This document shows positions 45,733-54,218 of a stretch of 64,000 nt of DNA, piece by piece. The DNA is taken from positions 3,450 to 67,449 of IMG/VR virus record IMGVR_UViG_2896028454_000001. One strand, 5' to 3'. How positions within the stretch are numbered: position 1 is the first letter of the stretch; the number at the start of each line of letters is the position of its first letter. This DNA is from a virus (taxonomy: Duplodnaviria > Heunggongvirae > Uroviricota > Caudoviricetes). A model generated the notes under the pieces. That model made no database searches, was not told where the DNA came from, and saw nothing but the letters and a program-made list of their open reading frames with translations. The translations under genes and the position numbers were made by a program.

Positions 45733-45756
45733 GGGGGCGGAAGGGAAGCCGCCCCC
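45733..45756 (+). promoter_or_regulatory. Stem-loop (GGGGGCGG-AAGGGAAG-CCGCCCCC)
   Basis: Same family. Confidence 0.5.
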
Positions 45757-45778
45757 CACCACCAGAAAGGACCCGCCC

Positions 45779-46006
45779 GTGACCACCACCAACCTCCCCC
45801 TCGCCGACATCGAAGCCATCAACACCCTCCCCCGCCAGGCCCTCCTCGACATCGGCGAAGCCGTCGACCTCATCGGAGAGGTCACCGAAGACATCGCCGA
45901 AGGCTTCGGCGACCCCAACGACCTCACCGCCTACACCAACCGCCTCCACCTCCTCTGTGCCGAGAACAACATCAACCCCGCCGCCGCCCTCTACACCTTC
46001 GCCTAA
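45779..46006 (+). CDS. Hypothetical acidic protein (75 aa)
   Basis: GTG after CCACCAGAAAGGACCCGCCC. Confidence 0.5.
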   Translation: MTTTNLPLADIEAINTLPRQALLDIGEAVDLIGEVTEDIAEGFGDPNDLTAYTNRLHLLCAENNINPAAALYTFA

Positions 46007-46131
46007 CACCCACCAGGGGCCGGGCAACGCCCCGGTCCCACTGGCACACTGGCACCCGCTCTCTTGTCCCCGCGTTGCGGGGGAGGCCCACCCGGGCCCA
46101 CACCACCCGAACCACGACACGGAGGACCCCC

Positions 46132-46650
46132 ATGTCCAACCACCGCACCGAACCCGCCGCCCGACACCACGCCTACATCGAGTTCATCGACCGCCGCCCC
46201 GAGGAGGCGGTTGAGGAGGTCGTCTACTCGCTTCTCAGCTACACCCCCGGCGTCGGGCTGATCAGCCGGTCGCTGGACGTCCAGCACTTGCGGAGGACCA
46301 TCACTGACAACAAGTTCGACACCCGGTGGGCTCACGAACGCCCCGCGCCGCGACGCCGGGAGATCCCCGTCGTGACCTACGTGGGAGCGGTCGACTACGC
46401 CATGCGAGTCGGAACCGCCCCCCACCACCACACCGCCGAGGAGGTGGAGGAAGCCTACGCTGACGCCCTCCGCAACATGGAGGAGAACGACGTCGCGTTC
46501 GGGGTGAGCGTCACTCGCCTGCCTGGGAACAACCCCGACTCCGACCGGCCCGGCTGGGACCCGGAGGGCTTCATCCGCATGGTGGAGCTGTACCGGAACC
46601 CGCATGACCGGGATGGGATTCACGACGCTGACGACCTCGGCCGTGAGTAG
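46132..46650 (+). CDS. Hypothetical protein (172 aa)
   Basis: ATG after ACGGAGGACCCCC. Confidence 0.5.
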   Translation: MSNHRTEPAARHHAYIEFIDRRPEEAVEEVVYSLLSYTPGVGLISRSLDVQHLRRTITDNKFDTRWAHERPAPRRREIPVVTYVGAVDYAMRVGTAPHHHTAEEVEEAYADALRNMEENDVAFGVSVTRLPGNNPDSDRPGWDPEGFIRMVELYRNPHDRDGIHDADDLGRE

Positions 46651-46798
46651 GAAACCGCAGTGATGCCGGGCGGGTGTCAGGCCCGCCCGGTAACGTCACT
46701 ACCACATGGCACCCCGCACGGGGTGAGGATCGAAACGCACTCTCGGCCCCCCGGGCGGTTGGGCCCGGGGGGCACACCACCCAACCGAGAGGCACACC

Positions 46799-47068
46799 AT
46801 GACCACCTACACGTACACCATCGACATCAGCGACGACGGCGACACCTGGATGATGGAGAACGACGACGCCACCGGCACCGAGGAATCCCCCCTCACCCCT
46901 GACCGGTTCGCGCGCGTCGTCCTGGACAACCGTCTCGCCGACCTCGCCACGGAAACCGACATCGACGGTAACTCGGTCCAGCCCGGCCACATGCGGGTGT
47001 CGGTGTGGGAAGGGCCGAGTATCGGCGACGTGGAGGACCCCGCGGCGCAGGCGTTCGCCGGGGAGTAA
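46799..47068 (+). CDS. Hypothetical acidic protein (89 aa)
   Basis: ATG after CGAGAGGCACACC. Confidence 0.45.
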   Translation: MTTYTYTIDISDDGDTWMMENDDATGTEESPLTPDRFARVVLDNRLADLATETDIDGNSVQPGHMRVSVWEGPSIGDVEDPAAQAFAGE

Positions 47069-47169
47069 CCCCGGGCTGGGGCCCTGACCCCGCCCTCTTA
47101 TCGCCCCTTCGAGGGGTCACCGGCCGTCCAATCCTGGGCGGCCGGCCAACCACCCTTTGGAGGAGACCC

Positions 47170-47826
47170 ATGTCCGAGAACACCCCTGACACGGTCGTGT
47201 ACTTCTACCACCAGCACGGGCCCACCATCGACGGCCGCCGTGTCGACTGGAACCCGCCGGTGGGGCTCGGTGTCGTTCACGACTACTTTGACCCGGCCCC
47301 GGAGCGGTTGGACGACAAGTTCGGGGCCTGGGAGAGCCGCCCGGGGTTCGCCGTCCCGGCCGGGCACTGGTCGCGGTGGCGGGCGATCCCGAGGGACACC
47401 GCCCCCAGGGACAAGGACACCCGCGGCCGGTTCCCGCGCTTGGAGGTGGACATGGCCGACGCCCCCGAGTTCCTGGCCCGGTTGCGGCAGGACATGCAGT
47501 TCGCTGAGATGTACAACCGGGACACCACCCCGGACGTGGAGGTGCCGCCGCTGTACACGGCCGCGCTGGCGTGGTTGGCGGACGGGGAGACCGACCCGGT
47601 GATGTGGGCGCGGATGGTGCGCCACGCTGTCGCCTGCGGGGTGCCCCACCCTCGGGTCGCCCGGGAGCTGGGTGTGGACCTGGCCGAGGTGTACGCGGTG
47701 GTGTCGGACCCGTGGCGGGATGACCACTTGGCCGCTGCTGCTCGACACCGCGCGGCGGGGATGGTGGAGGACGCGGAGGCGGAAGAGGCGTTGGCGCGGG
47801 ACGCGGAGCGGGCCATGTCCCGGTGA
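47170..47826 (+). CDS. Hypothetical protein (218 aa)
   Basis: ATG after GGAGGAGACCC. Confidence 0.5.
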   Translation: MSENTPDTVVYFYHQHGPTIDGRRVDWNPPVGLGVVHDYFDPAPERLDDKFGAWESRPGFAVPAGHWSRWRAIPRDTAPRDKDTRGRFPRLEVDMADAPEFLARLRQDMQFAEMYNRDTTPDVEVPPLYTAALAWLADGETDPVMWARMVRHAVACGVPHPRVARELGVDLAEVYAVVSDPWRDDHLAAAARHRAAGMVEDAEAEEALARDAERAMSR

Positions 47827-47870
47827 AGGCTGCCGGGCGCGGGTGGTGTGGTTGCCGCCCGCGCCCGGGA

Positions 47871-48389
47871 TCAGGCCCCTTGGGCTTCGGTCTGGTCCTG
47901 GAATGCCTCGACCTCCGCGCGGATCTGCTGGAGTTCCGCGATCCGCTCGTCGATCCGCTCGGGGGAGAGCTGGGTGCCTTCGTAGGTGAGGGGGTCCCAA
48001 CCGGTGACGATCAACCCGTCCTGTCCGAAATCTTCAGCGACGAGGTATCCAAGCTTCTGAAGCTCCGCACGCATGGCTTTCTGTGCGTCCCCGAAACAGC
48101 GGTAGCTCTTCGGGGACCACAAGGAGGTATCGGTTGCGTGGATGACGCCTCGAATGATCAGGCCGCCACGGGTGAGTTTCGCCTCCGTGATCTCCTGGTC
48201 GGTCTTGCGGTAGCCGTAGCCGACGTCGGCTGCTTCGAGCGCTGTGAGGCAGATGCTCTTCACCTCTTCGACGTCAGCGCGGGTGATTCGTACCTGACGT
48301 TCGCGTTGCGCCTGGGCAGCATCCACCTGGATGTGCCTGAAGTGGGCTTGCTGCTGAAGTTCTTCACGAGAAGGGCCGAACAGTCCCAT
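47871..48389 (-). CDS. Hypothetical protein (172 aa), minus strand
   Basis: Protein-like composition in a locally lower-GC stretch. Divergent from the Xis-like gene. Confidence 0.5.
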   Translation of the reverse strand: MGLFGPSREELQQQAHFRHIQVDAAQAQRERQVRITRADVEEVKSICLTALEAADVGYGYRKTDQEITEAKLTRGGLIIRGVIHATDTSLWSPKSYRCFGDAQKAMRAELQKLGYLVAEDFGQDGLIVTGWDPLTYEGTQLSPERIDERIAELQQIRAEVEAFQDQTEAQGA

Positions 48390-48490
48390 CCGTGTCTCCC
48401 GGAAAGTTGGGGTGGTTGATGGGGGTCACGGTAGTGACTGGCCGGTCGGTGCGGGGGCGGTTTCGTGGATTCGACCGCCAAACAATATGA

Positions 48491-48545
48491 TCGAACTCAC
48501 GTTCGACAATGCTCCGCTGATCATGTACCATGAGTGTCAGCGGAG
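48491..48545. promoter_or_regulatory. AT-rich divergent control region with palindromes TCGAACtcacGTTCGA and CTCCGCTGA-(TCATGTACCATGA)-TCAGCGGAG
   Basis: Read directly. Nested inverted repeats in the intergenic region between 47871..48389(-) and 48601..48858(+). Confidence 0.4.
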
Positions 48546-48600
48546 AAACTATGCCCTCAGCCACCAGGTTGGGGGCATTTGTCGTTTCGGGAGACCCCAG

Positions 48601-48858
48601 ATGCGCCCCGTACCCCTGACCAACGGCAACCTGATCAACGCCGACCAGGCCGCCCAGCTCCTCGGTAAGAGCGCGCGCACCGTCCGCGCCTACACCACCC
48701 GCGGCCTCCTGCTCGCCAACGGGGAACGCTGGTACCTGCCCGTCGCCGGGCTCGACCACCGGGGCGTGCAACTGTTCAACCTGGCCGACATCCGCACGGC
48801 CGCGCAGGCTGTCCAGGAGCGCGGCCGGTCCAACAAGCGGGTTCTGGTGGCCGCATGA
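48601..48858 (+). CDS. Excisionase/MerR-like HTH DNA-binding protein
   Basis: INADQAAQLLGKSARTVRAYTTRGLL is a Xis/MerR-type HTH. Confidence 0.45.
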   Translation: MRPVPLTNGNLINADQAAQLLGKSARTVRAYTTRGLLLANGERWYLPVAGLDHRGVQLFNLADIRTAAQAVQERGRSNKRVLVAA

Positions 48859-48930
48859 GCCTGTACGAGCAGCTGTTGCAGTTCCTCGAACTGGACGCGT
48901 ACCTGGACGACTGGGCGATCCCCAACCCGG

Positions 48931-49021
48931 GGGAGTGCGCCGGAGATGGAGCGCCGGAGCTGGCTGTAACCCAGTGACCCCTTTCGCGGGTTAGGAGGTT
49001 CGAGTCCTCCCACTCCCACCA
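48931..49021 (+). tRNA. tRNA-Tyr (anticodon GTA), class II with long variable arm, encoded CCA
   Basis: Hand-folded. Acceptor GGGAGTG/CACTCCC. D-arm CCGG/CCGG with GG. Anticodon stem GCTGG/CCAGT. Loop CT-GTA-AC. T-arm GGAGG-TTCGAGT-CCTCC. About 91 nt. Coordinates +/- 1. Confidence 0.6.
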
Positions 49022-49042
49022 CCCCGCCCACACGCGGGGCCT

Positions 49043-49118
49043 ATGCGGGTAGCTCAACTGGTAGAGCAGCCGCCTCCAAAGCGGCCGGTTGCGGGTTCGA
49101 ACCCTGCCCCGTATGCCA
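49043..49118 (+). tRNA. tRNA-Trp (anticodon CCA), encoded CCA
   Basis: Hand-folded. Acceptor ATGCGGG/CCCGTAT (one G-U pair). D-arm GCTC-AACTGGTA-GAGC. Anticodon stem GCCGC/GCGGC. Loop CT-CCA-AA. T-arm GCGGG-TTCGAAC-CCTGC. 76 nt. Confidence 0.75.
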
Positions 49119-49233
49119 CCCCGGCCCTCACTGGTCGGAGGAACCCCCACCCCGGGAACCATGGCCTACCCCGGGGAAGTGGCCTGGGGTCCGCCCACGG
49201 AAACGGGGCAACCCCGGGCCGCGCACCACCCCG

Positions 49234-49389
49234 TTACAGGGCCTCCGCGCTGAGACTGTCGAACATCGACTCCGCGTCCTCGAACTCCTCGGTCAGGCCC
49301 GCAGCGATCTGCCCGCTCGCCTCCCGCTCCCCCTGCTGCCACTCAGGGGTCCAGAACCATGCCTGATCTTCGGGCACGCTGTCCTCCAT
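49234..49389 (-). CDS. Small acidic hypothetical protein (51 aa)
   Basis: C-terminal, protein-like part of track ORF 49234..49659(-). MEDSVPEDQAWFWTPEWQQGE... Confidence 0.25.
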   Translation of the reverse strand: MEDSVPEDQAWFWTPEWQQGEREASGQIAAGLTEEFEDAESMFDSLSAEAL

Positions 49390-49777
49390 TCGTCTACTGC
49401 TTCCCGAAGGGGTTACCCCTCCGGGATCGGGCCCGTACCGCACTTCCCATCCACTAGTCCCGGCGGGGACGGTGCGGGCCCACACACAGACGGCCCCAAC
49501 CGCCCCCACGGGGGCAGTTGGGGCCGCTGCTGTGAAGGCTAGCGATCCACCCGGCCGCATTTCGCGGATGCCACCAGACGGACTCCACACCGCGATCGTA
49601 GCGCACGCAACCCCCGGCCCCCGCCCCACCACAGACCCGCCCAGCAGACCACCAGGCACACCACATCACCCAAAACGGCCTGCGCTCGTTTGTCTGCTGG
49701 GCAACCACACGTGCCCCGGCCTCGAAGCTCCACGCTCCTCAGGGGTGAGCGCGTCGAGCTCGGCCGGGGCACACCCT

Positions 49778-50293
49778 CTACTTGCGCAACACCTTCTCCA
49801 TGCGCGCTTTCCGTTCCGCGTGCTCGGCCTCGGTGATCTCACCGTCCGCCAACATACGATCCAGCTCGCCGAACGCGTCCTGCGCGGCCTGCGCGAGCTT
49901 ACCCCCCGGGGCGCCCACGGCCTTGTCCCGCCAGGTGCCCACCGGCCCCCCGCCCGGGTTGAGGACCGCCTGCTCCAACTCGCGGGCACCGGATATCACC
50001 TTGAACGTCCGGTCGCCCCCAGCGGTGTGAAGGGTGATCTTCCCGCGCCCGCGGTCAACCCCAGCGACGGGCAACGCCACCGACGACGTCGAGGTGCGGC
50101 CGAACATGCCGGCGGACACGAACAGCAGGCGCCGGTTCGTGGCCACAGCGACACCGTTTTTCCCGTCTAGGTTGACGGCCCCGGCGGCGTTCACGGTCTC
50201 GTCCGCGCCCAGCTCGGTTTCAGCGGCGGCCAACGCCTTCTTCAGGAGAGCGAACCCGCCTACCCCTGTGGCCCGTTCGAGGTCTTCACGCAC
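49778..50293 (-). CDS. Bacterial PH-domain-like protein with a C-terminal SHOCT motif
   Basis: C-terminal LADGEITEAEHAERKARM matches the SHOCT pattern (L..G.I...E...K...L). Central beta-rich region. Confidence 0.45.
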   Translation of the reverse strand: MREDLERATGVGGFALLKKALAAAETELGADETVNAAGAVNLDGKNGVAVATNRRLLFVSAGMFGRTSTSSVALPVAGVDRGRGKITLHTAGGDRTFKVISGARELEQAVLNPGGGPVGTWRDKAVGAPGGKLAQAAQDAFGELDRMLADGEITEAEHAERKARMEKVLRK

Positions 50294-50353
50294 AGCTTCA
50301 CGCCCTTCCTGGGGGATACCGAGTCCCCATGATCTACCACCGCAACCCCTGGA

Positions 50354-50605
50354 ATGAACTGGAGGCCCGAAGTGGCCAACCCCAACAGGAAACCCAACCG
50401 GCTGCTCGGCACACCGCAGGCGCAGGCCATGTTCGAAGTTCAGGAGCGGTGGGGGCAGGCCCTAGCCGCGTTCACCGGCATGGTCGAGCAGACCCGCCGG
50501 GCCGGGTTCACAGAGTCGCAGGCGCGGTCGATCGTCGCGGCCACCCTCGTCCAGGAAGTCGCCACGTCGAAGTTCGTCCGCGACCCTGAGGACGGCGACC
50601 AGTGA
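50354..50605 (+). CDS. Hypothetical protein (83 aa)
   Basis: ORF divergent from 49778..50293. Confidence 0.4.
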   Translation: MNWRPEVANPNRKPNRLLGTPQAQAMFEVQERWGQALAAFTGMVEQTRRAGFTESQARSIVAATLVQEVATSKFVRDPEDGDQ

Positions 50606-51003
50606 GCACCGCGTCCACCCTGGGCCGGTACCGGGACGAACTCGTGGCCGCAGGGTTCACCCGCGAGGAAGCCCTAGACCTGGTCGGGCACGCCGCTCCG
50701 ATGGACGTTGCCGACGTGGCCGCCACCCCGGCACCGGAGAGCCACAACATCGGCCCGGACGCGCTGCGCATCGTCGTGCTCGCCGGGAACCGTGAAGAGG
50801 CTGAGCGGTGGAAGAGCGGCCAGTTCCTCCGGAACCGGATCGACTCCCCGGACCGGTTCGTCCTCGCGGCCGGGGACAGCAGCACTCTGCTGGGCCTGTC
50901 CGGGCCGCTGGCCGTGATGACCCTGCCCGGGTTCTACCGGCTGCCCGCGGAGAAGCGCGTGGATCTGGAGGCCATGATCCGCCGCGCGAACGCCATGGTG
51001 TAA
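50602..51003 (+). CDS. Hypothetical protein (133 aa)
   Basis: GTGA overlap. Confidence 0.45.
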   Translation: MSTASTLGRYRDELVAAGFTREEALDLVGHAAPMDVADVAATPAPESHNIGPDALRIVVLAGNREEAERWKSGQFLRNRIDSPDRFVLAAGDSSTLLGLSGPLAVMTLPGFYRLPAEKRVDLEAMIRRANAMV

Positions 51004-51089
51004 CCGACCGTAGTTGCTAGCCCCGGGATGGCTCTGACCTGCCGGGGTTTTCGTATACCCACAGTCACCAAACCCCTGGAGGCACCCCC

Positions 51090-51377
51090 ATGCGCCCCGC
51101 CGACATCGACCACCGGTACAAGTACCACCCCTCCAACACCCCCGACGCCATCACCGCCCACGAGACCGTCCGAGGCGGCGCCCTCAGCCTCGCCCACCTC
51201 ATCAACACCCACGTCCCGGACGGCCCGGACAAGGACCTGTCCCTGAACGCCCTGGACGACGTCCTGTTCCGCGCGAACGCCGGGATCGCCCGAGGAGGGG
51301 GCCGTTCGCATAGCGGCCCGTGCCGGTGCAACCCCCGCCTGCGCACCAAGACCCTGGACGAGGCCACCGATGGCTGA
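51090..51377 (+). CDS. Hypothetical protein (95 aa)
   Basis: ORF. Confidence 0.45.
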   Translation: MRPADIDHRYKYHPSNTPDAITAHETVRGGALSLAHLINTHVPDGPDKDLSLNALDDVLFRANAGIARGGGRSHSGPCRCNPRLRTKTLDEATDG

Positions 51378-51744
51378 CACCCCCGACTGGCAGGCCCTCA
51401 CCCTGGCCCGCCTCACCGACACCGACCCCGACGAGGTCGACACCACCGACCGGGATGCGTGGATGCTCGCCTACGCCACCCTGAACGCCCGCCACGGCGA
51501 GGTGAACCCTCCCGAGGTGCTGGCGGGCCTGGCGAGCCGAGTGGAGTCCTGCGAACGGTCTCTGGACACGGTGGTGAGGACCAACGAGATGACGTTCAAG
51601 GCCATTGGGGACCAGTTCGACAGCATCTGGGCCGCCCTCAAGAGCGCCCACGACTTCCAGATGAAGACCGTGGGCGCCCTCACCAAGAAGCGCCGGCCCC
51701 CTGCCAGCGACGCCGCGAACACCACCCTGGGGGCTGGCACGTGA
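51370..51744 (+). CDS. Hypothetical protein (124 aa)
   Basis: ATGGCTGA overlap. Confidence 0.45.
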   Translation: MADTPDWQALTLARLTDTDPDEVDTTDRDAWMLAYATLNARHGEVNPPEVLAGLASRVESCERSLDTVVRTNEMTFKAIGDQFDSIWAALKSAHDFQMKTVGALTKKRRPPASDAANTTLGAGT

Positions 51745-52331
51745 CCGCGATCGTCGGCCTGGTCCACGACGGCCGGGTGCACCTGGGCGGTGACGCCGCC
51801 GCTGTTGCCGGGTACACGTTGGAGGTCCGCAAGGACCCGAAGGTGTTCACCCACCCCCAGCGGGAGCCCGGGAAGGCGGAGCAGCCGGACTTCTGGGCGT
51901 TCGGGTACACCACCAGCTTCCGCATGGGGCAGATCCTCCAGTACGGGTTCACCCCGCCCGTCCTCACCCCCAACGACGACCTGGACCGGTTCATGCGCAC
52001 CACCTTCGTGGACGCCCTCCGGTCCGCGTTCAAGGCCGCCGGGTGGGCTCGGGTCGACTCGGGGGTGGAGGAGACCGGCCAGTTCCTCGTAGGGGTCCAC
52101 GGGCGTCTGTTCGTCGTGGACGCCGACTACCAGGTGGGGGAACCCGTCGACGGGTACGCCGCCGTGGGGTGCGGGCAGGCACTCGCGACCGGCGCCCTGC
52201 ACGCCACCCGGGCGCTCGACCAAGACCCGGAGGACCGTGTCCGCACCGCGTTGGAAGCCGCCGCCTACCACTCGGCTGGTGTGTGCGGCCCGTTCACGCT
52301 CGTGGCCACCACGGGGGTGGACGGTGGCTGA
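51741..52331 (+). CDS. Hypothetical protein (196 aa), possible Ntn-hydrolase-like N-terminus
   Basis: GTGA overlap. N-terminal VTAIVGLVHDGRVHLGGD. Weak. Confidence 0.4.
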   Translation: MTAIVGLVHDGRVHLGGDAAAVAGYTLEVRKDPKVFTHPQREPGKAEQPDFWAFGYTTSFRMGQILQYGFTPPVLTPNDDLDRFMRTTFVDALRSAFKAAGWARVDSGVEETGQFLVGVHGRLFVVDADYQVGEPVDGYAAVGCGQALATGALHATRALDQDPEDRVRTALEAAAYHSAGVCGPFTLVATTGVDGG

Positions 52332-52335
52332 CCGG

Positions 52336-52629
52336 ATGCCCCTCTCCCAGCTGACCGCCGAGTACACCACCGGCGACGGAAGCACCTGGGAGCACGAACG
52401 CGCCCGCCTGGAGGAGATCCACCCCGGCAAGCTGGCCCGCATCCGCGCCGAGATCCTGGCCGGTCACTTCCCGCCCGTGCCGTTGGACCACGACGAGAAA
52501 CGCGCCGTGGACGGCCACCACCGGATCGTCGCGGCCCTCCAGCTCGGTGTCCTGGTCGTGCCCGTCGTGGACGCGTGGGCCGACACGGCGTGGATGGGCC
52601 ACCCCTCGGTGTGGGGTGCTGATGGGTGA
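52336..52629 (+). CDS. ParB-like nuclease domain protein
   Basis: PVPLDHDEKRAVDGHHRIVAALQLG contains the ParB/Srx DGHHR motif. Confidence 0.5.
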   Translation: MPLSQLTAEYTTGDGSTWEHERARLEEIHPGKLARIRAEILAGHFPPVPLDHDEKRAVDGHHRIVAALQLGVLVVPVVDAWADTAWMGHPSVWGADG

Positions 52630-52810
52630 CCTTCGTATCGGCCGGCCCGCCCAGTGGGAGGCCCCGCCGCAGCAGCTCACGGTGGAGCAGACCCGCCGTT
52701 TGAACGCCACGGGCGCGTTCGGGTTGCCCCCGGACGCGCCCGCCCACCCCTTCAAGGCCCTCCTACCCGCGGGGCCCTGCTGTCCGCGAGGTGCCCCTGA
52801 TGGCCGATGA
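52622..52810 (+). CDS. Small hypothetical protein
   Basis: ATGGGTGA overlap. Composition marginal. Confidence 0.25.
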   Translation: MGDLRIGRPAQWEAPPQQLTVEQTRRLNATGAFGLPPDAPAHPFKALLPAGPCCPRGAPDGR

Positions 52811-53108
52811 CGTGTACCGGGAGCGGGCCCGCCTCGCCGCTTACGTGGCGGCACGCCACCCCTCCCGCTTGGCTTACAACGACCCCGACGAACCCGACTG
52901 GCCGGTGTTGTACGTCGACACCCCTGCCGGGCAACTCACCTGGCACCTGAACCCCGCTGACCTCGACCTGGTCGCCCACGTCCCGATCGTCGCCCCTGAC
53001 GACCCGGCCGCCCGGTGGGACGGTCACACCACCCCGGAGAAGTACCGCCGCCTGGCCGCGCTCACCACAGGGTTGGCGGCCCGCACCCCTCGGAAGGATC
53101 ACCCCTGA
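52800..53108 (+). CDS. Hypothetical protein (102 aa)
   Basis: ORF. Confidence 0.45.
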   Translation: MADDVYRERARLAAYVAARHPSRLAYNDPDEPDWPVLYVDTPAGQLTWHLNPADLDLVAHVPIVAPDDPAARWDGHTTPEKYRRLAALTTGLAARTPRKDHP

Positions 53109-53659
53109 TGCCGACCCTGCCCGACACCGAACCCGCGCTCGTGGACGCCCTCAACGCTCTCGGCGACACCTACGGCCCCCTCGGTGTGGCGCTGGCTGCC
53201 GCCCACCTGTCCGACCCCAAGGTGGTCGCCCGCCGTCTCACGAACCCGGACGAGCCCACACCGCCGCCTCTGGACGGTGACGCACCAGCCCCGACCACCA
53301 CGGCCGCCCTGTTCACCGGCTACTACCGGGAGCTGGTCGCTGGTGGGATGCCCCGAGACCTCGCGAAGCAGCTCGTGGCCACGGCCGCCACCCACGACCG
53401 CCACCCGCACGTCCACCCCGCCGCGCTGGCCGCCGCCAACGCAACCCGGGAGCGTGCGCTGGCCTCGGCCCCCGAGCCCGTGAAGACGCCCGTCCGCAAG
53501 AGGGCCCCGAAGCCGAAGGGCATGGGCCCCCACCCGTCCGCGCGGGAACGCCGCGGCCCGCTGATCGACCTGAACATCCAGGGGACTCCTCACCCGGCCC
53601 GGTCCGCTCGCCGTGTGGGTGAGGCCCTGAGCGACGCCATGCTGAGGGAGCGCTGGTGA
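53108..53659 (+). CDS. Hypothetical protein (183 aa)
   Basis: ATG overlapping the upstream stop. Confidence 0.45.
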   Translation: MPTLPDTEPALVDALNALGDTYGPLGVALAAAHLSDPKVVARRLTNPDEPTPPPLDGDAPAPTTTAALFTGYYRELVAGGMPRDLAKQLVATAATHDRHPHVHPAALAAANATRERALASAPEPVKTPVRKRAPKPKGMGPHPSARERRGPLIDLNIQGTPHPARSARRVGEALSDAMLRERW

Positions 53660-54033
53660 CCGACCACCCCACAGTGCCCGCCGCATGGCGCACCCCCGGC
53701 CTCACCCCGGAGAACATCCCGCTCGGCCCCCTGTACCCCACCGTCCAGCTCACCACGGACCACGGCGACCACACCGTCACCCGGAACGGGTACATCGACC
53801 CGACCAGCGTCCACCTGGACGAGAACAACCGGCTCGTATGCACCGTCCACGTCGAGACCCTGCCCGGGGAGCAACAGCCCTCCGAGCTGGTCACGTTCGC
53901 GTCGATCGGCCCGTCCGGGTTCGCCCCCGACACGGAGCAGCCTTCCGGGACTGTCGCGCACACCTTCGCCCTCACCGGGCCCGCCGCGGACAGGATCGCC
54001 GGGCCAGTCTCCGTGGGAGAGGAGCAGCCCTGA
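53656..54033 (+). CDS. Hypothetical protein (125 aa)
   Basis: GTGA overlap. Confidence 0.45.
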   Translation: MTDHPTVPAAWRTPGLTPENIPLGPLYPTVQLTTDHGDHTVTRNGYIDPTSVHLDENNRLVCTVHVETLPGEQQPSELVTFASIGPSGFAPDTEQPSGTVAHTFALTGPAADRIAGPVSVGEEQP

Positions 54034-54218
54034 TGGTCGAGGTGTTCATCGCCCCGCCGGGGACCGACCCCACCGAACCCGGGTGGTCGTGGCTCGGCAC
54101 CACAGAGGACCAGGCCAGTCAGCGGCCCTTCACCCTCCGACGAGTCGCCGCGGTGTTCGACGTCCCCCTGAACCTCATCACCCCTGAGGAGACCACTCCT
54201 GATGGCCCGACCCCCTGA
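54033..54218 (+). CDS. Hypothetical protein (61 aa)
   Basis: ATGGTCGAG start after TGATG overlap. Confidence 0.35.
   Translation: MVEVFIAPPGTDPTEPGWSWLGTTEDQASQRPFTLRRVAAVFDVPLNLITPEETTPDGPTP

Noticed and set aside
36240-46010. Possibility that the repeated hairpins are a CRISPR array or integron attC sites
   Set aside because: Spacing is gene-sized and irregular. Repeats are not identical (stems vary, loop conserved). Each is followed by an RBS and a start codon. No cas or intI genes.
48856-48978. 40-aa ORF (MSLYEQLLQF...) immediately after the Xis-like gene
   Set aside because: It overlaps the 5' half of the hand-folded tRNA-Tyr, and the tRNA explains the conservation-like structure better.
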